Below are positions 1 to 9,739 of a stretch of DNA of 64,000 nt, one piece after another. How positions within the stretch are numbered: position 1 is the first letter of the stretch; each line of letters opens with the position of its first letter. The notes beneath the pieces were generated by a model. It did no database searches and was not told the DNA's origin. It was given only the letters and a program-made list of their open reading frames with translations. Both the position numbers and the translations under genes were made by a program. This DNA comes from Terriglobia bacterium (lineage in GTDB: Bacteria; Acidobacteriota; Terriglobia; 20CM-2-55-15). The stretch covers positions 32,001 through 96,000 of the forward strand of contig CBDCLE010000012.1 of NCBI GenBank assembly GCA_965218585.1. Reading direction: 5' to 3'.

Positions 1-1037
1 GACAGTGAGGTCACAACGAATCGAGGATTGGCGCCTTTCTCCAGGAACTCGGCCTTGCCGATGACGCGTCGGGTGCAGGTCCAGCTCTTCCGAGTGCGAT
101 ACCGGAAATCGTTAAACACCCGCGCCGGTTTCCCGGTGTCGTTAAACTCGGCTTCGGCCTGACTCATCGATTCAGCGATCTCGCGCTTGAGCCGATCGTT
201 CTTGGCCAGACCCACCACGTAATCGACCTGGTGGGCCTCGCACCAACTCAGCAATTCATCCCGGCAAAAGCCCGAGTCGGCCCGGATGATAATCGACACC
301 TCCGGCCAGCTCTGCCGGATCTGGCCGATGATGCGGTTCAATTCCTCGACGGCGCCGTCCGCACCGTCGACATTGGAGCACCGCAACCGGGCGCATAGCA
401 GATGCTCTCCCGAAAAGATGTAGAGCGGCAGATAACAGTAGTTGCCGTAGTAGCCGTGAAAGAACCGTCCTTCCTGATGGCCATGGATCGGATCATCGGT
501 CGCATCCAGGTCCAGAACAATCTCCTCGGGCGCCGATCCGTGAGCCGCCACAAATGCATCCACCATCCAGCGGTCGATCTTGTCCGGGTCCATGGCAATC
601 TTCTTGTACCGCTCCTTCCCATCGACTTGCTCCCCGGTCAGTTCCAACCGGTTCAGCGTACACTTGCCCGCCAACGCTTTTCCCCGGTCTCGGGCCTGCC
701 GCCGCTTCTCCCCCAGTGGATCGGCCTTATCCACCGCCACGGCCAGCATCGGATCGGTCCGCAGTTGGTCATGATCGTTCAGATCCTCGTAGCCCAGACA
801 GAGTCCGTAGACGCGCTGCCCCAATAACTCGCTCACCGTGTGTTCGATCAACCTCGCGTCCCGGTAATCCCTGAAACACTCGGCCAGTCCGGCGATCAGA
901 CCCGTTCGCTTTTCCACTTCCCTCAACAGCAGAACCCCAGCGTCGGAGGTGATCTTTCCGCCGTCAAAACGCGCCTTCACTTTTCGTTGAAGAAGTCCGT
1001 GAAATTCGAACGTCGTTTGGTTACACTCTGTTCTCAT
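1..1037 (-). CDS. IS1380-family DDE transposase (runs off the window start)
   Basis: Manual minus-strand translation from ATG at 1037: MRTECNQTTFEFHGLLQRKVKARFDGGKITSDAGVLLLREVEKRTG..., ending ...FRYRTRKSWTCTRRVIGKAEFLEKGANPRFVVTSL at the window edge; these are IS1380-type motifs. Absent from the ORF track because it has no stop in the window. Confidence 0.9.
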   Translation of the reverse strand, partial: MRTECNQTTFEFHGLLQRKVKARFDGGKITSDAGVLLLREVEKRTGLIAGLAECFRDYRDARLIEHTVSELLGQRVYGLCLGYEDLNDHDQLRTDPMLAVAVDKADPLGEKRRQARDRGKALAGKCTLNRLELTGEQVDGKERYKKIAMDPDKIDRWMVDAFVAAHGSAPEEIVLDLDATDDPIHGHQEGRFFHGYYGNYCYLPLYIFSGEHLLCARLRCSNVDGADGAVEELNRIIGQIRQSWPEVSIIIRADSGFCRDELLSWCEAHQVDYVVGLAKNDRLKREIAESMSQAEAEFNDTGKPARVFNDFRYRTRKSWTCTRRVIGKAEFLEKGANPRFVVTSL

Positions 1038-1133
1038 AAGGGCCGTCTCCGTTTGGCTTGTTAAACGTTTATTTCAAAACGCTTTATGCCAGACAGGGCG
1101 GCCTTTTCTGGTCCTATCGGTGAAATATGCGGG
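1..1133 (-). mobile_element. IS1380-family insertion sequence, left end visible
   Basis: Transposase above; end sequence CCCGCATATTTCACCG (minus strand, 1118-1133) abuts CTAG at 1134-1137. The other end is outside the window. Confidence 0.75.
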
Positions 1134-1149
1134 CTAGTAGCGGCAGCAG

Positions 1150-1439
1150 ATTACACGGATGTTAGGCAGATTTCACGGATAAAGGCGGCTTTCGCGGGTT
1201 TGATCGATATTAATTTCTTGCCTTCGGCCCCCGGAACGCTCTATGGTGTCGGCATATACACCACTCATCACAGAGGTTGACCGGCGGGACGGGTCCCCAG
1301 CCCGCAGGTTGGCACAGGCCGTCCAACTTGGCCTAACCGACCGACCCGCCGGCATCCTCGTTACACAGATCTCACGGATTCGAGCCAACGATTAGACCGA
1401 TGCGCGCTGAATCCTCGTGATCCGCGTAATCCGTGTAAT
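1150..1439. repeat. Element bounded by inverted arrays of a (T)ACACGGAT-type unit
   Basis: ATTACACGGAT...TTTCACGGAT at 1150-1180 is inverted relative to ATCCGCGTAATCCGTGTAAT at 1420-1439; the same unit recurs at 20683-20767 and about 35081-35105. Confidence 0.65.
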
Positions 1440-1442
1440 TGT

Positions 1443-1958
1443 CTACTCGAACGGATTCTCGTCCGCACTCGGTCCGTATATGGAAGGCAGGGGCACGTTC
1501 AGGAGACGCAGGTAGACCGAGAGTTGGCCACGGTGATGGTACCAGTGGTTGAGCATGACCGTCCGTATGAAACCGATTCGGGGGAGGGCCATCAACTCCT
1601 TACCGTTCTTTGTAGCCCGCCAGGTCGACAGCGCCCGTTCGTCGTCCAGTCCGTCGAGCACCTCCCGCCCTCTCTGCACGCTCTCTTCATAAGCCGCCAT
1701 CAATTCTTCGGTCGAACCGATGGTCGGGTTTTCGCCGAAATCGGGGGCTTCGATCTCATCCATGGCCGCCAGACTACCAACTTCACCGGGCGTGCCCGCG
1801 ACATGCAGAGCCAACTGGCCTAACGACATGGATTTCTCGTGTGGCCTCCAGTCGAGCTTATCACCCGGCACACGCTCCAGAACGTTGCGTGTCGTAGTCG
1901 CTTCCTGGTCGAACTCCATCAGCATTGAATCAACGATACGTGGCACAAGAACCTCCAA
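1443..1958 (-). CDS. DinB/YfiT-family metal-binding protein
   Basis: 171 aa; KSMSLGQLALHVA and NHWYHHRGQLSVYLRLL...P.IYGPSAD motifs. Confidence 0.9.
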   Translation of the reverse strand: MEVLVPRIVDSMLMEFDQEATTTRNVLERVPGDKLDWRPHEKSMSLGQLALHVAGTPGEVGSLAAMDEIEAPDFGENPTIGSTEELMAAYEESVQRGREVLDGLDDERALSTWRATKNGKELMALPRIGFIRTVMLNHWYHHRGQLSVYLRLLNVPLPSIYGPSADENPFE

Positions 1959-1973
1959 TAAACCCTTTCCCCA

Positions 1974-2978
1974 CTAAAAATCATCTTCCATCCGTTTCAA
2001 ATCTCTGGCCTCTCCCATGGCGATCAAGTAGTCGCCGGCTTCCATCCGGATGTCGGAGGCCGGGTTGAACAACATCTCTTTGGACGGCTTCTGGATGGCT
2101 AGTACGATCACACCGTAGACCTGCCGAATCTTTGACTCTTCCAGTGTTTTAGAAACCGTCTTGCTCGAGGACGTCACCGATATCTGGCCAAACTCGAGGT
2201 TATGTCCCGATGCCTTGTTGAAGGCCGAGGCAACATCGAGAAAACGAAGAACATGAGGACGAATGAGCGACTGCGCAAGCCTGTGGCCGATGAATGGATA
2301 GGGCGTAAAGACAGCCGTCGCGCCTGCGGTCCGCAACTTGTCTTCAGCCTGTTCGTCCGTAGCACGTGCGGAAATTGTCAGATCGGAATTCAGTGACCGG
2401 GCTGCCAATGTCACATAAACGTTGTCGGCATCACTGCTGATCGCGACCACCAGACCCTTGGCGTGGTCGATTCGGGCTTCAAGCAGAGTCTCGTCCTGCG
2501 TTGCGTCCGCGATCAGGGTCGGTATGTCTCGATCGATGGCCCACTGGGCGCGTTCCGCGCTGTTGTCGATCACCACGATGCCCGCCCGATTTCGCAACAA
2601 TTCCTCGACAACGCCGCGGCCCACGCGGCCGGCGCCACAAACGATGTAATGGTTCGACACACCACTGAGCATACGATTCCTCCGGCGACGACCAAAATAG
2701 TCTACCAATTCCAGTTTTATGAGCGTATCGGCCAAGATTCCAATAGAGACGAAAACGACCACCACACCCGAGAGCATCAGCATCGAGTTGAACAATCGAC
2801 CTGGCTGACTGAGAGGAGAAACCTCGTTGTAGCCCACCGTGGTCAGAGTGATCAAGGCCATGTAGAAGCTGTCGAACCATGCCCATCCCTCAATCACGTG
2901 GAACCCCAGGGTTCCTAACCCGAGAACGGTGGCTAACAATCCCAAGACGAGCAAGAATCTAGATCTCGAACCAAGCAT
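1974..2978 (-). CDS. Potassium channel with RCK (TrkA-N/TrkA-C) domains
   Basis: 334 aa; TLTTVGY selectivity filter, GAGRVG Rossmann motif, C-terminal TrkA-C. Confidence 0.9.
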   Translation of the reverse strand: MLGSRSRFLLVLGLLATVLGLGTLGFHVIEGWAWFDSFYMALITLTTVGYNEVSPLSQPGRLFNSMLMLSGVVVVFVSIGILADTLIKLELVDYFGRRRRNRMLSGVSNHYIVCGAGRVGRGVVEELLRNRAGIVVIDNSAERAQWAIDRDIPTLIADATQDETLLEARIDHAKGLVVAISSDADNVYVTLAARSLNSDLTISARATDEQAEDKLRTAGATAVFTPYPFIGHRLAQSLIRPHVLRFLDVASAFNKASGHNLEFGQISVTSSSKTVSKTLEESKIRQVYGVIVLAIQKPSKEMLFNPASDIRMEAGDYLIAMGEARDLKRMEDDF

Positions 2979-3137
2979 GAATGTGAAATCCCCGACTCTG
3001 TATATCAGGTTTTCAACAGAATTTCCCGCTCGTCGCGGTTAAACTACAACCTCGTTCCACCTGAGCAAGCTTCCGGCCGTAAAGGTTCTCAGGCTGGGAC
3101 CGGCTCGTGGGAGAACGAGGGACGGCCCGGCACGCTC

Positions 3138-5051
3138 ATGGAAGAAACCACCCTACTCCGCGATCTCACAATCATCTTCGGTGCTGCCGTCATCGTCTCC
3201 TACGCATTTCGCGCCGCCCATCTATCGACAATCACCGGGTTCCTGGTCGCCGGAGCTCTGATTGGGCCCTCTGGGTTTGGTCTGATCGCATCCAACGATG
3301 AGATCCGTCAGATGGAGGAAATCGGCATCATCCTGTTGCTGTTTTCGATCGGCGTCGAGTTTTCGTCCGACAAGATTCGAAACACGATGTGGGTTGCACT
3401 TGCCGGAGGACTGGGACAGGTCGTTTTAACTGGAACCATTGTCGGATTGGTCGCGTTCTGGCTTGGAGCAGAACCCGGAGCGGCGATTCTTCTGGGAATG
3501 GTCGCAGCCTTGAGCAGCACTGTCATCGGGTTGCGCATGCTCCATGAGCGGGGACAGACGCTGTCACCCAATGGGGGCGTCTCACTGGCGATTCTCATAT
3601 TCCAGGACATGACCGTCCTCCCCATGATGTTGTTTCTGCCATTCGTGACCGGTCAGACACCTGCGGGTCCCGCCGCATTGCTCCAGACTCTGGCAGTGTC
3701 GACCGGAGCCGTCTTACTGATTCTCGTCGTGGGCAGGGGCCTCGTTCCCCGCCTGATCGCGAAAACTGTCGAATCGAGGAGCCGCGACCTGTTCATACTG
3801 TCGGTGATCCTCGCGGTGTCTGGAATCGCCTGGATCAGCACCCGCTTCGGCATCAGCGCCGGACTGGGAGCTTTTATCGCTGGACTGGCCATTTCGGAAT
3901 CCGAATACAGTCACCAGGTACTGTCCGACATCCTGCCGTTCAGGGAAACCTTCAATAGTTTGTTCTTCGTTTCCATTGGAATGCTGCTCGACCCTGTTTT
4001 TATCTTCCAAAACGCTATCGTGATTGGAGGAGCGGCTGTACTTATCATCCTCCTCAAGACGACTCTGACGACCGGTGTGATCCGCCTGCTCGGATTCCCG
4101 TGGCGCATCGCTCTTGCTGTCGGTTTGTTGTTGGCGCAGGTCGGCGAATTTTCCATCGTACTTCTTCGAACCGCACAAGACGGTGCTCTAGGGGCCGCCC
4201 TAGAGCAGGCCGTGCTAGCTACGATTCTCGTCACGATGGTGCTGACTCCACTTTCGGTGCGGCTCGGAGAGTGGTTGCGTCCAGCGATGGCGCTGCCCGC
4301 AGCGGGGGAGCCGGTCCCCCTCCTGTCCGATCACACTCTGATCGTTGGATACGGACTGAACGGCCGGAACGTGGCATCTCTGCTCGAGGCGTCGGGCTTC
4401 CCTTACGCGGTTCTCGAGATGAATCCTCAAACTGTGGCCAGCGGTCGTAAGGGAGGCGTGCCGATCTACTACGGTGACGCCGTCAGCGAGTCGGTCCTCG
4501 AGTGGGTGGGCGCGGGAAGGGCCAATGCCATCGTGTTCGCCATCTCCGATCCTGCCGCGACACGTGGGGCCGTTGCCTCCGCGCGCCGACTCAATTCGTC
4601 GGCGCACATCTTCGCCCGGACACGCTATGTATCTGAGATTGAACCGTTATATGCAGCCGGCGCCACGATGGTTATAACAGAAGAGTTCGAGACCTCATTG
4701 ACCATCATCCGCCGACTCATGAACCGTCTAGGGGTGCATCCTTCCAAAATCGACCGTACCGTGCTCGAGATAAGGCAGCAGCACTACGGGGCACTGCGCG
4801 GTTCGCCACCGCCGGTCATCGAAACGGACGCTGCCGTCCGGCTGTTCGAAACAAGGGCTGGAAGTGTGTCTAACGAGATTTCTATCGGGGAACTACAGGT
4901 CCGCTCCAAGTCAGGAGCAACGATCGTAGCAGTGGAACGCGACGGAAAAGTCACCACCAACCCGCGACCCGACTTTGTCCTCAGGGATGGTGACCGGATC
5001 CACCTGATCGGCAGCGAACAGGAAGTAGGCGCAGCGATCGCACTGATCTGA
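3138..5051 (+). CDS. CPA2-family (KefC-like) K+/H+ antiporter with TrkA-N/C domains
   Basis: 637 aa; many TM helices, ALSST and ILIFQD motifs, GYGLNG RCK domain. Confidence 0.9.
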   Translation: MEETTLLRDLTIIFGAAVIVSYAFRAAHLSTITGFLVAGALIGPSGFGLIASNDEIRQMEEIGIILLLFSIGVEFSSDKIRNTMWVALAGGLGQVVLTGTIVGLVAFWLGAEPGAAILLGMVAALSSTVIGLRMLHERGQTLSPNGGVSLAILIFQDMTVLPMMLFLPFVTGQTPAGPAALLQTLAVSTGAVLLILVVGRGLVPRLIAKTVESRSRDLFILSVILAVSGIAWISTRFGISAGLGAFIAGLAISESEYSHQVLSDILPFRETFNSLFFVSIGMLLDPVFIFQNAIVIGGAAVLIILLKTTLTTGVIRLLGFPWRIALAVGLLLAQVGEFSIVLLRTAQDGALGAALEQAVLATILVTMVLTPLSVRLGEWLRPAMALPAAGEPVPLLSDHTLIVGYGLNGRNVASLLEASGFPYAVLEMNPQTVASGRKGGVPIYYGDAVSESVLEWVGAGRANAIVFAISDPAATRGAVASARRLNSSAHIFARTRYVSEIEPLYAAGATMVITEEFETSLTIIRRLMNRLGVHPSKIDRTVLEIRQQHYGALRGSPPPVIETDAAVRLFETRAGSVSNEISIGELQVRSKSGATIVAVERDGKVTTNPRPDFVLRDGDRIHLIGSEQEVGAAIALI

Positions 5052-5205
5052 ACAGCCGCTGGAAAGCCTCCATCCCCATCATCCTGCTATACTTACACAG
5101 TCCGCTCCCCGGATCGATGGTTACCGGCGAAATAATGAGCGACTGAGCGCAACTGAAACGGACATTCGGCTTAGTTAAATAACCGAACCAGACGACAAGG
5201 ACATC

Positions 5206-6621
5206 ATGGAATCGACTAAAACTGATCTCGTAGTGCTGGGAGCGGGGCCCGGCGGCTATGCAGCAGCGTTCTACGCTGCCGACCTTGGAAAGAAGGTCAT
5301 TCTCGTGGAAAAAGACGACCAGTTGGGCGGTGTCTGTCTCAACCGGGGATGCATTCCGTCGAAGGCTCTGCTTCACGCAACCAAGCTCATCTCCGAAACC
5401 GAAGAATCCGCGGATCGCGGGATCGTTTTCTCTTCTCCCGAAATCGACTCGGACAAGCTGGGCGCATGGAAAAACACCGTGGTTCGAAAACTGTCTCAGG
5501 GGGTGGAGCTGTTGGCAAAGACCCGAGGCGTCGAGGTCGTGACCGGGACCGGCAGTTTCGAGGATTCCAACCATATCAAGGTGGTGACAGCGGACGGGGA
5601 CGTTTTGATCGAGTTCGATCACGCCATCGTTGCAACCGGTTCCCACCCTGTGGTTCCCAAACCCTGGGACCTGGGCGACCCCGACATAATGACGTCGACC
5701 GAAGCGCTGGAAGTGTCCATTATTCCGGACACGCTCCTGGTCATTGGCGCGGGGTATATCGGGATGGAACTGGGAACGGTTTACGCAGCCCTGGGCACTG
5801 AAGTGGTCGTCGTTGAAGCTCTCCCATCGATCCTTACGGGTACCGACCACGATCTTTTGCGTCCGGTCCTCCGGCGTGCTCAGGAAGCCTTCAAGGAGCT
5901 GCGGCTCGATACCAAAGTTCAAGGCTTGGCAAGTAGGGGTGATCAGATCCAAGTCGTCACCGAAAGTAACGGTGAAGAAGTGGCCGAACTCTACGATCAG
6001 GTGCTGGTGGCCGTCGGCCGTCGGCCGAACTCAGAAGGGATCGGCCTGGAAAACACCTCCGCGGAATTGATCGAGGGTGGTTTCATTCGGGTCGACGACA
6101 CACAAAAGACGGCGGACTCCAACATCTACGCGATCGGAGACATCACCGGAGGCTTCATGCTGGCCCACAAGGCCTCGAAAGAAGCCCGTGTCGCCGTCGA
6201 ATCTCTTGTTGGCAAGAAAAGTGCCTTTGAAGCTGTTATCCCGGCCGTTGTTTTCACCGATCCCGAAATCGCCTGGTGCGGGCTGACCGAATCGGAAGCC
6301 AAAGAAAAAGGCATCGCGGTTGAGATCGCGAAGTTTCCGTGGGCGGCTTCCGGCCGTGCCATAGCGGTGGACCGGCCCGACGGTTTGACCAAACTCGTCG
6401 TCGAACCCGAAACCGAACGTATTCTTGGCATGGGAATCGTCGGCGTCGGCGCTGGAGAACTGATTAGCGAAGGCGTTGTCCTGATGGAAATGGGAGCTAC
6501 GGTCAGGGACCTGGCCGACTCCGTGCACCCACATCCGACGCTTTCGGAAACTTTGATGGAATGTGCGGAGATGTTCTACGGTCACGCCACGCACGCCGCA
6601 CCTCGCAGAAAACGCGCTTAG
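5206..6621 (+). CDS. lpdA: Dihydrolipoamide dehydrogenase
   Basis: GAGPGGY, GGVCLNRGCIPSK redox disulfide, HPHPTLSE. Confidence 0.95.
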   Translation: MESTKTDLVVLGAGPGGYAAAFYAADLGKKVILVEKDDQLGGVCLNRGCIPSKALLHATKLISETEESADRGIVFSSPEIDSDKLGAWKNTVVRKLSQGVELLAKTRGVEVVTGTGSFEDSNHIKVVTADGDVLIEFDHAIVATGSHPVVPKPWDLGDPDIMTSTEALEVSIIPDTLLVIGAGYIGMELGTVYAALGTEVVVVEALPSILTGTDHDLLRPVLRRAQEAFKELRLDTKVQGLASRGDQIQVVTESNGEEVAELYDQVLVAVGRRPNSEGIGLENTSAELIEGGFIRVDDTQKTADSNIYAIGDITGGFMLAHKASKEARVAVESLVGKKSAFEAVIPAVVFTDPEIAWCGLTESEAKEKGIAVEIAKFPWAASGRAIAVDRPDGLTKLVVEPETERILGMGIVGVGAGELISEGVVLMEMGATVRDLADSVHPHPTLSETLMECAEMFYGHATHAAPRRKRA

Positions 6622-6695
6622 ACGACGCCTGACTAAATGCATTCCACCCGACGCAAACCGAGCCCTGGAGACGCAACGCGGCTGCGTCAATCGTC

Positions 6696-7316
6696 ATGAA
6701 CCTGAACCGCGGTTTCCAGGTCCTTGGGGCGATCACACTCGCGGTCGTCATATTCGTCGCGTTTACACCCCTGGCTAACGTTCTCGGAAACCGCCTGGCA
6801 CCGGCCGAAGAACTGGCGCCCGCTGGCGCGATAGTCGTCCTCGGAGCAGGACAATACTCCGAAGGCCGACTGAACCGTCCGTCTCTGGCCCGGGCCGTTC
6901 GAGGTATCGAACTCTACCAGCTTGGCTACTCGCAGTTGCTCGTCCTTCTCGGTCCCGCTCGATGGGAAGGCTATCCGTCCGAGGCGGTAGTGCGGTGGCG
7001 GCTTGCACGTACGATGCGTGTGGACCCCGACAACCTCATCGTGGAAGAAAACGGGCTCAATACACGAGAAGAAGCCAGACTCAGCCGCGACAGGCTCCGC
7101 CCACTCGGGATCGAGACCATACTCCTGGTAACCGAAGGTCAACATCTTATACGCGCGGTAGAGTTGTTCGAAAACGTGGGTTTCGACGTGTACCCCGTGC
7201 CGGCCAACGACTATTCGACCGGGTCATCCGGCCCCATCGGGCGGATCATATTGATGCAACGAATCCTCCAGGAACAGGCGGCCAGAATCTATTACCGAAT
7301 AGCGGGCTATCTATAA
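6696..7316 (+). CDS. YdcF/ElyC-like (DUF218) protein
   Basis: 206 aa; N-terminal TM, AIVVLGAG, SEA, NTREEA, LVTEGQHLIRA pattern. Confidence 0.8.
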   Translation: MNLNRGFQVLGAITLAVVIFVAFTPLANVLGNRLAPAEELAPAGAIVVLGAGQYSEGRLNRPSLARAVRGIELYQLGYSQLLVLLGPARWEGYPSEAVVRWRLARTMRVDPDNLIVEENGLNTREEARLSRDRLRPLGIETILLVTEGQHLIRAVELFENVGFDVYPVPANDYSTGSSGPIGRIILMQRILQEQAARIYYRIAGYL

Positions 7317-7624
7317 TGGTCCAGCTCTACCTACTCACACTCGTCGCGGCGACTTCTGTGGCGGCCTACGCGCTGGGCCGTCGACGCCTTGGGCTTCGGT
7401 CGAAATTCAGCCATGGAATTCAAAAAACCCTCGAAACGATTGGTATCGCAGTCGCCTTCTTTGTCTTCAACGTCGGTGTCACGGTCGCCGGAATTTTCTT
7501 CGCCCGAAGTCTTGGATTCTTCGTTTCCCTATACATCGCCACCGACAACACACTGATCTTCCTTTCGTTTCTTCAAGCCGTCGTATTTCAGCATTGGCGG
7601 TACGCAGAGGCGGAACACAAATAG
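7316..7624 (+). CDS. Small integral membrane protein (102 aa)
   Basis: ATG overlaps the upstream TAA (TAATG); hydrophobic MVQLYLLTLVAATSVAAYAL... with about 3 TM segments. Confidence 0.7.
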   Translation: MVQLYLLTLVAATSVAAYALGRRRLGLRSKFSHGIQKTLETIGIAVAFFVFNVGVTVAGIFFARSLGFFVSLYIATDNTLIFLSFLQAVVFQHWRYAEAEHK

Positions 7625-7637
7625 CAGGCTGTGCAGG

Positions 7638-8279
7638 TTGAAGCGTCATTCGGGAAAGATCAAGGCAGGAACAGCTCACATCAGTGACGCCGACCCGGTC
7701 ATGCTTCGGCTGATCGGGCAGTGCCCACCGCTGACTTCACTCCGATTGCAGTCTAACCGTTTCGCCGCACTGACAAATTCCATCCTGTCACAGCAGATCT
7801 CAGTCCACGCAGCACGAGCCATTCGATCCCGTTTGACGGAACTGGCCGGCGAGAAGAACTTCACGGCAAGCAGGATCAAGCAGCTTCGACTGAAGAAAAT
7901 TCAATCGGCCGGCATGTCCAGACCAAAAGCTCTTTATCTGAAAGACCTGGCGGACAACGTCCATTCCGGTCGGCTCCGGTTAAATCAGATCGGCCGGAAG
8001 AGCGACTCGGCAGTGATCGAAGAGTTGATTCAGGTCAAGGGAATCGGGGTGTGGACAGCTCAGATGTTCTTGATCTTCGCTCTCGGCCGTCTGGACGTAT
8101 TTCCTCACGGCGACTACGGTGTTCGTGCCGCAATCCAGCACCTGTATGGGCTAAAGGAACTTCCGGATAAGAAAACGTCTTCGAAAATCTCCGAACCATG
8201 GCGCCCGTATCGAACCATCGCCACCTGGTATTGCTGGCGCAGCCATGAACTGAAAGGCGGCACTAGCGGGGGAGTATAG
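7638..8279 (+). CDS. DNA-3-methyladenine glycosylase II (AlkA/HhH-GPD family)
   Basis: SILSQQIS, VKGIGVWTAQM, DVFPHGDYG, WRPYRT motifs. Confidence 0.9.
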   Translation: MKRHSGKIKAGTAHISDADPVMLRLIGQCPPLTSLRLQSNRFAALTNSILSQQISVHAARAIRSRLTELAGEKNFTASRIKQLRLKKIQSAGMSRPKALYLKDLADNVHSGRLRLNQIGRKSDSAVIEELIQVKGIGVWTAQMFLIFALGRLDVFPHGDYGVRAAIQHLYGLKELPDKKTSSKISEPWRPYRTIATWYCWRSHELKGGTSGGV

Positions 8280-8286
8280 GAATTCA

Positions 8287-8387
8287 GCCGAGAGACGCGG
8301 AGTTCGCAGAGAACGCAGAAAGAGCCAATTGCACTCTCCGAAGAAACTAAATCCCGCGGCCTTCGCGACCTCTGCGCCTTTGCGTTA
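8287..8387. repeat. ACGCAGAG/GCGCAAAG-type inverted-repeat element
   Basis: ACGCGGAGTTCGCAGAGAACGCAGA ... CTTCGCGACCTCTGCGCCTTTGCGTT between two convergent stop codons. Confidence 0.7.
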
Positions 8388-8399
8388 AATCCCTTTTCC

Positions 8400-9518
8400 T
8401 TATGCGGCCGAGCGACGGCCGAACAGGCCCCGCCGACGGGATTTCTGCTTCGCGACGACACGGTTCTTTCCCGCCTTCTTCGCCTCGTAGAGTGCTTCGT
8501 CGGCACGGCCGATGATGTCTTCCACCTTCTCTCCTTCAACGAATTCAGCCATGCCGCAGCTGACGGTGAAGCGGATGTGACCGGTGGCCTCACCTGCTTT
8601 ATATTCATACTTGGTCGAAGCGACTTCTTTTACGACTTCCTTGAAGCGTTCCTCGGCCAACTCGATCCCCAAATTGCGTAACAGGATGGCAAACTCTTCG
8701 CCTCCGTAGCGCGCAACCATGTCCCCGGACCGGATGGACTTGCCCAACAGTTGGGCAGCGCCTAACAGAACCCGGTCTCCAACCTGGTGACCGAACTGAT
8801 CGTTGATCTGCTTAAAATCGTCGAGATCAGCCATCACCAGAGTAAATTGGGCTCCAGCGCTCTCGCTCTTCTCCACCCAATCCTTGATCGTGCGATCAAA
8901 GCTGCCGCGGTTGGCGACTTGAGTCAGGGGATCCAGCAGGGAATCCTCTTCAGCACGTTCAAGACGGCGTTGCAGCGTCTCCACGCGGCCCGACAGCTTC
9001 GAGTAACTCTCCTGGTCGGTCTTCTGCTTTTCCTCGACCAACTGGTTCAGACCGTGGGCCTCTGCCCGAATCCGTTCCCTGAGAACCTGCAGATCGGTGA
9101 TTTCCAGCAGGGACTCGAACCTTTCGGAAGAGCCGAGGAGACTCCGATTGAATTCCTCGGACTGACCGGCAAGCTTGCGTACGGTCTCTCTGAGGACATC
9201 GATAATTTCTATGAACTCTATTTCCCTGTTGAGCGAATGCTCACGGGCACGACTGAAAAAATCTTCGCACGCTCGAATACAGGCATCTGCCATAGCCTCT
9301 AGCGCGGCATACTCCGGAGTCGGGCGCTCGCATAGAGCTTTTCTAAACTTGGTCAGCTGAGATCTGAACTCCGGGGTTGTCTTCAGGTGCTCGTTACCAA
9401 CGGCCACGTCCGAAAGCAGTTCGACCAGACGATCCAGAATGTCGGTTACGTCCCCGACAGCATCCAGCCCTCCAGACTTCGCCTGATCTATCTTCAACTC
9501 AACCAATTCGTCCGACAT
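8400..9518 (-). CDS. Diguanylate cyclase (coiled-coil + GGDEF)
   Basis: DPLTQVANR, DLDDFKQIND.FGHQVGD, RSGD I-site and ARYGGEEF. Confidence 0.92.
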   Translation of the reverse strand: MSDELVELKIDQAKSGGLDAVGDVTDILDRLVELLSDVAVGNEHLKTTPEFRSQLTKFRKALCERPTPEYAALEAMADACIRACEDFFSRAREHSLNREIEFIEIIDVLRETVRKLAGQSEEFNRSLLGSSERFESLLEITDLQVLRERIRAEAHGLNQLVEEKQKTDQESYSKLSGRVETLQRRLERAEEDSLLDPLTQVANRGSFDRTIKDWVEKSESAGAQFTLVMADLDDFKQINDQFGHQVGDRVLLGAAQLLGKSIRSGDMVARYGGEEFAILLRNLGIELAEERFKEVVKEVASTKYEYKAGEATGHIRFTVSCGMAEFVEGEKVEDIIGRADEALYEAKKAGKNRVVAKQKSRRRGLFGRRSAA

Positions 9519-9642
9519 GCAGTTCCCCCAAATGGATACGTTCGAATACTGTTTCGGCCTTTTGAATCCGACACTTTAGGAGATCGAAAGACAGAAATGG
9601 CCGGCCGACACAACTCGCTGATTCTATTAGGAGAAAAAGAAT

Positions 9643-9731
9643 AACCGCAGAGGCGCAGAGGTCGCTGAGAGCTCAGAGAAATCGACATGGATTGCATCTT
9701 CAGGAACTCTGCGTCTCAGCGTCTCTGCGTT
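9643..9731. repeat. ACGCAGAG-type inverted-repeat element
   Basis: AACCGCAGAGGCGCAGAG ... CTCTGCGTCTCAGCGTCTCTGCGTT directly beyond the priA stop. Confidence 0.7.
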
Positions 9732-9739
9732 GAAAAAAT

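Noticed and set aside
402-1064. Plus-strand ORFs 402-827 and 840-1064
   Set aside because: They are antisense shadows of the IS1380 transposase.
4981-5952. Long antisense ORFs (e.g. 4981-5952, 21906-23012, 46182-47231, 50557-51504, 56003-57253)
   Set aside because: They lie opposite well-supported genes and have no motifs, as expected in GC-rich DNA.
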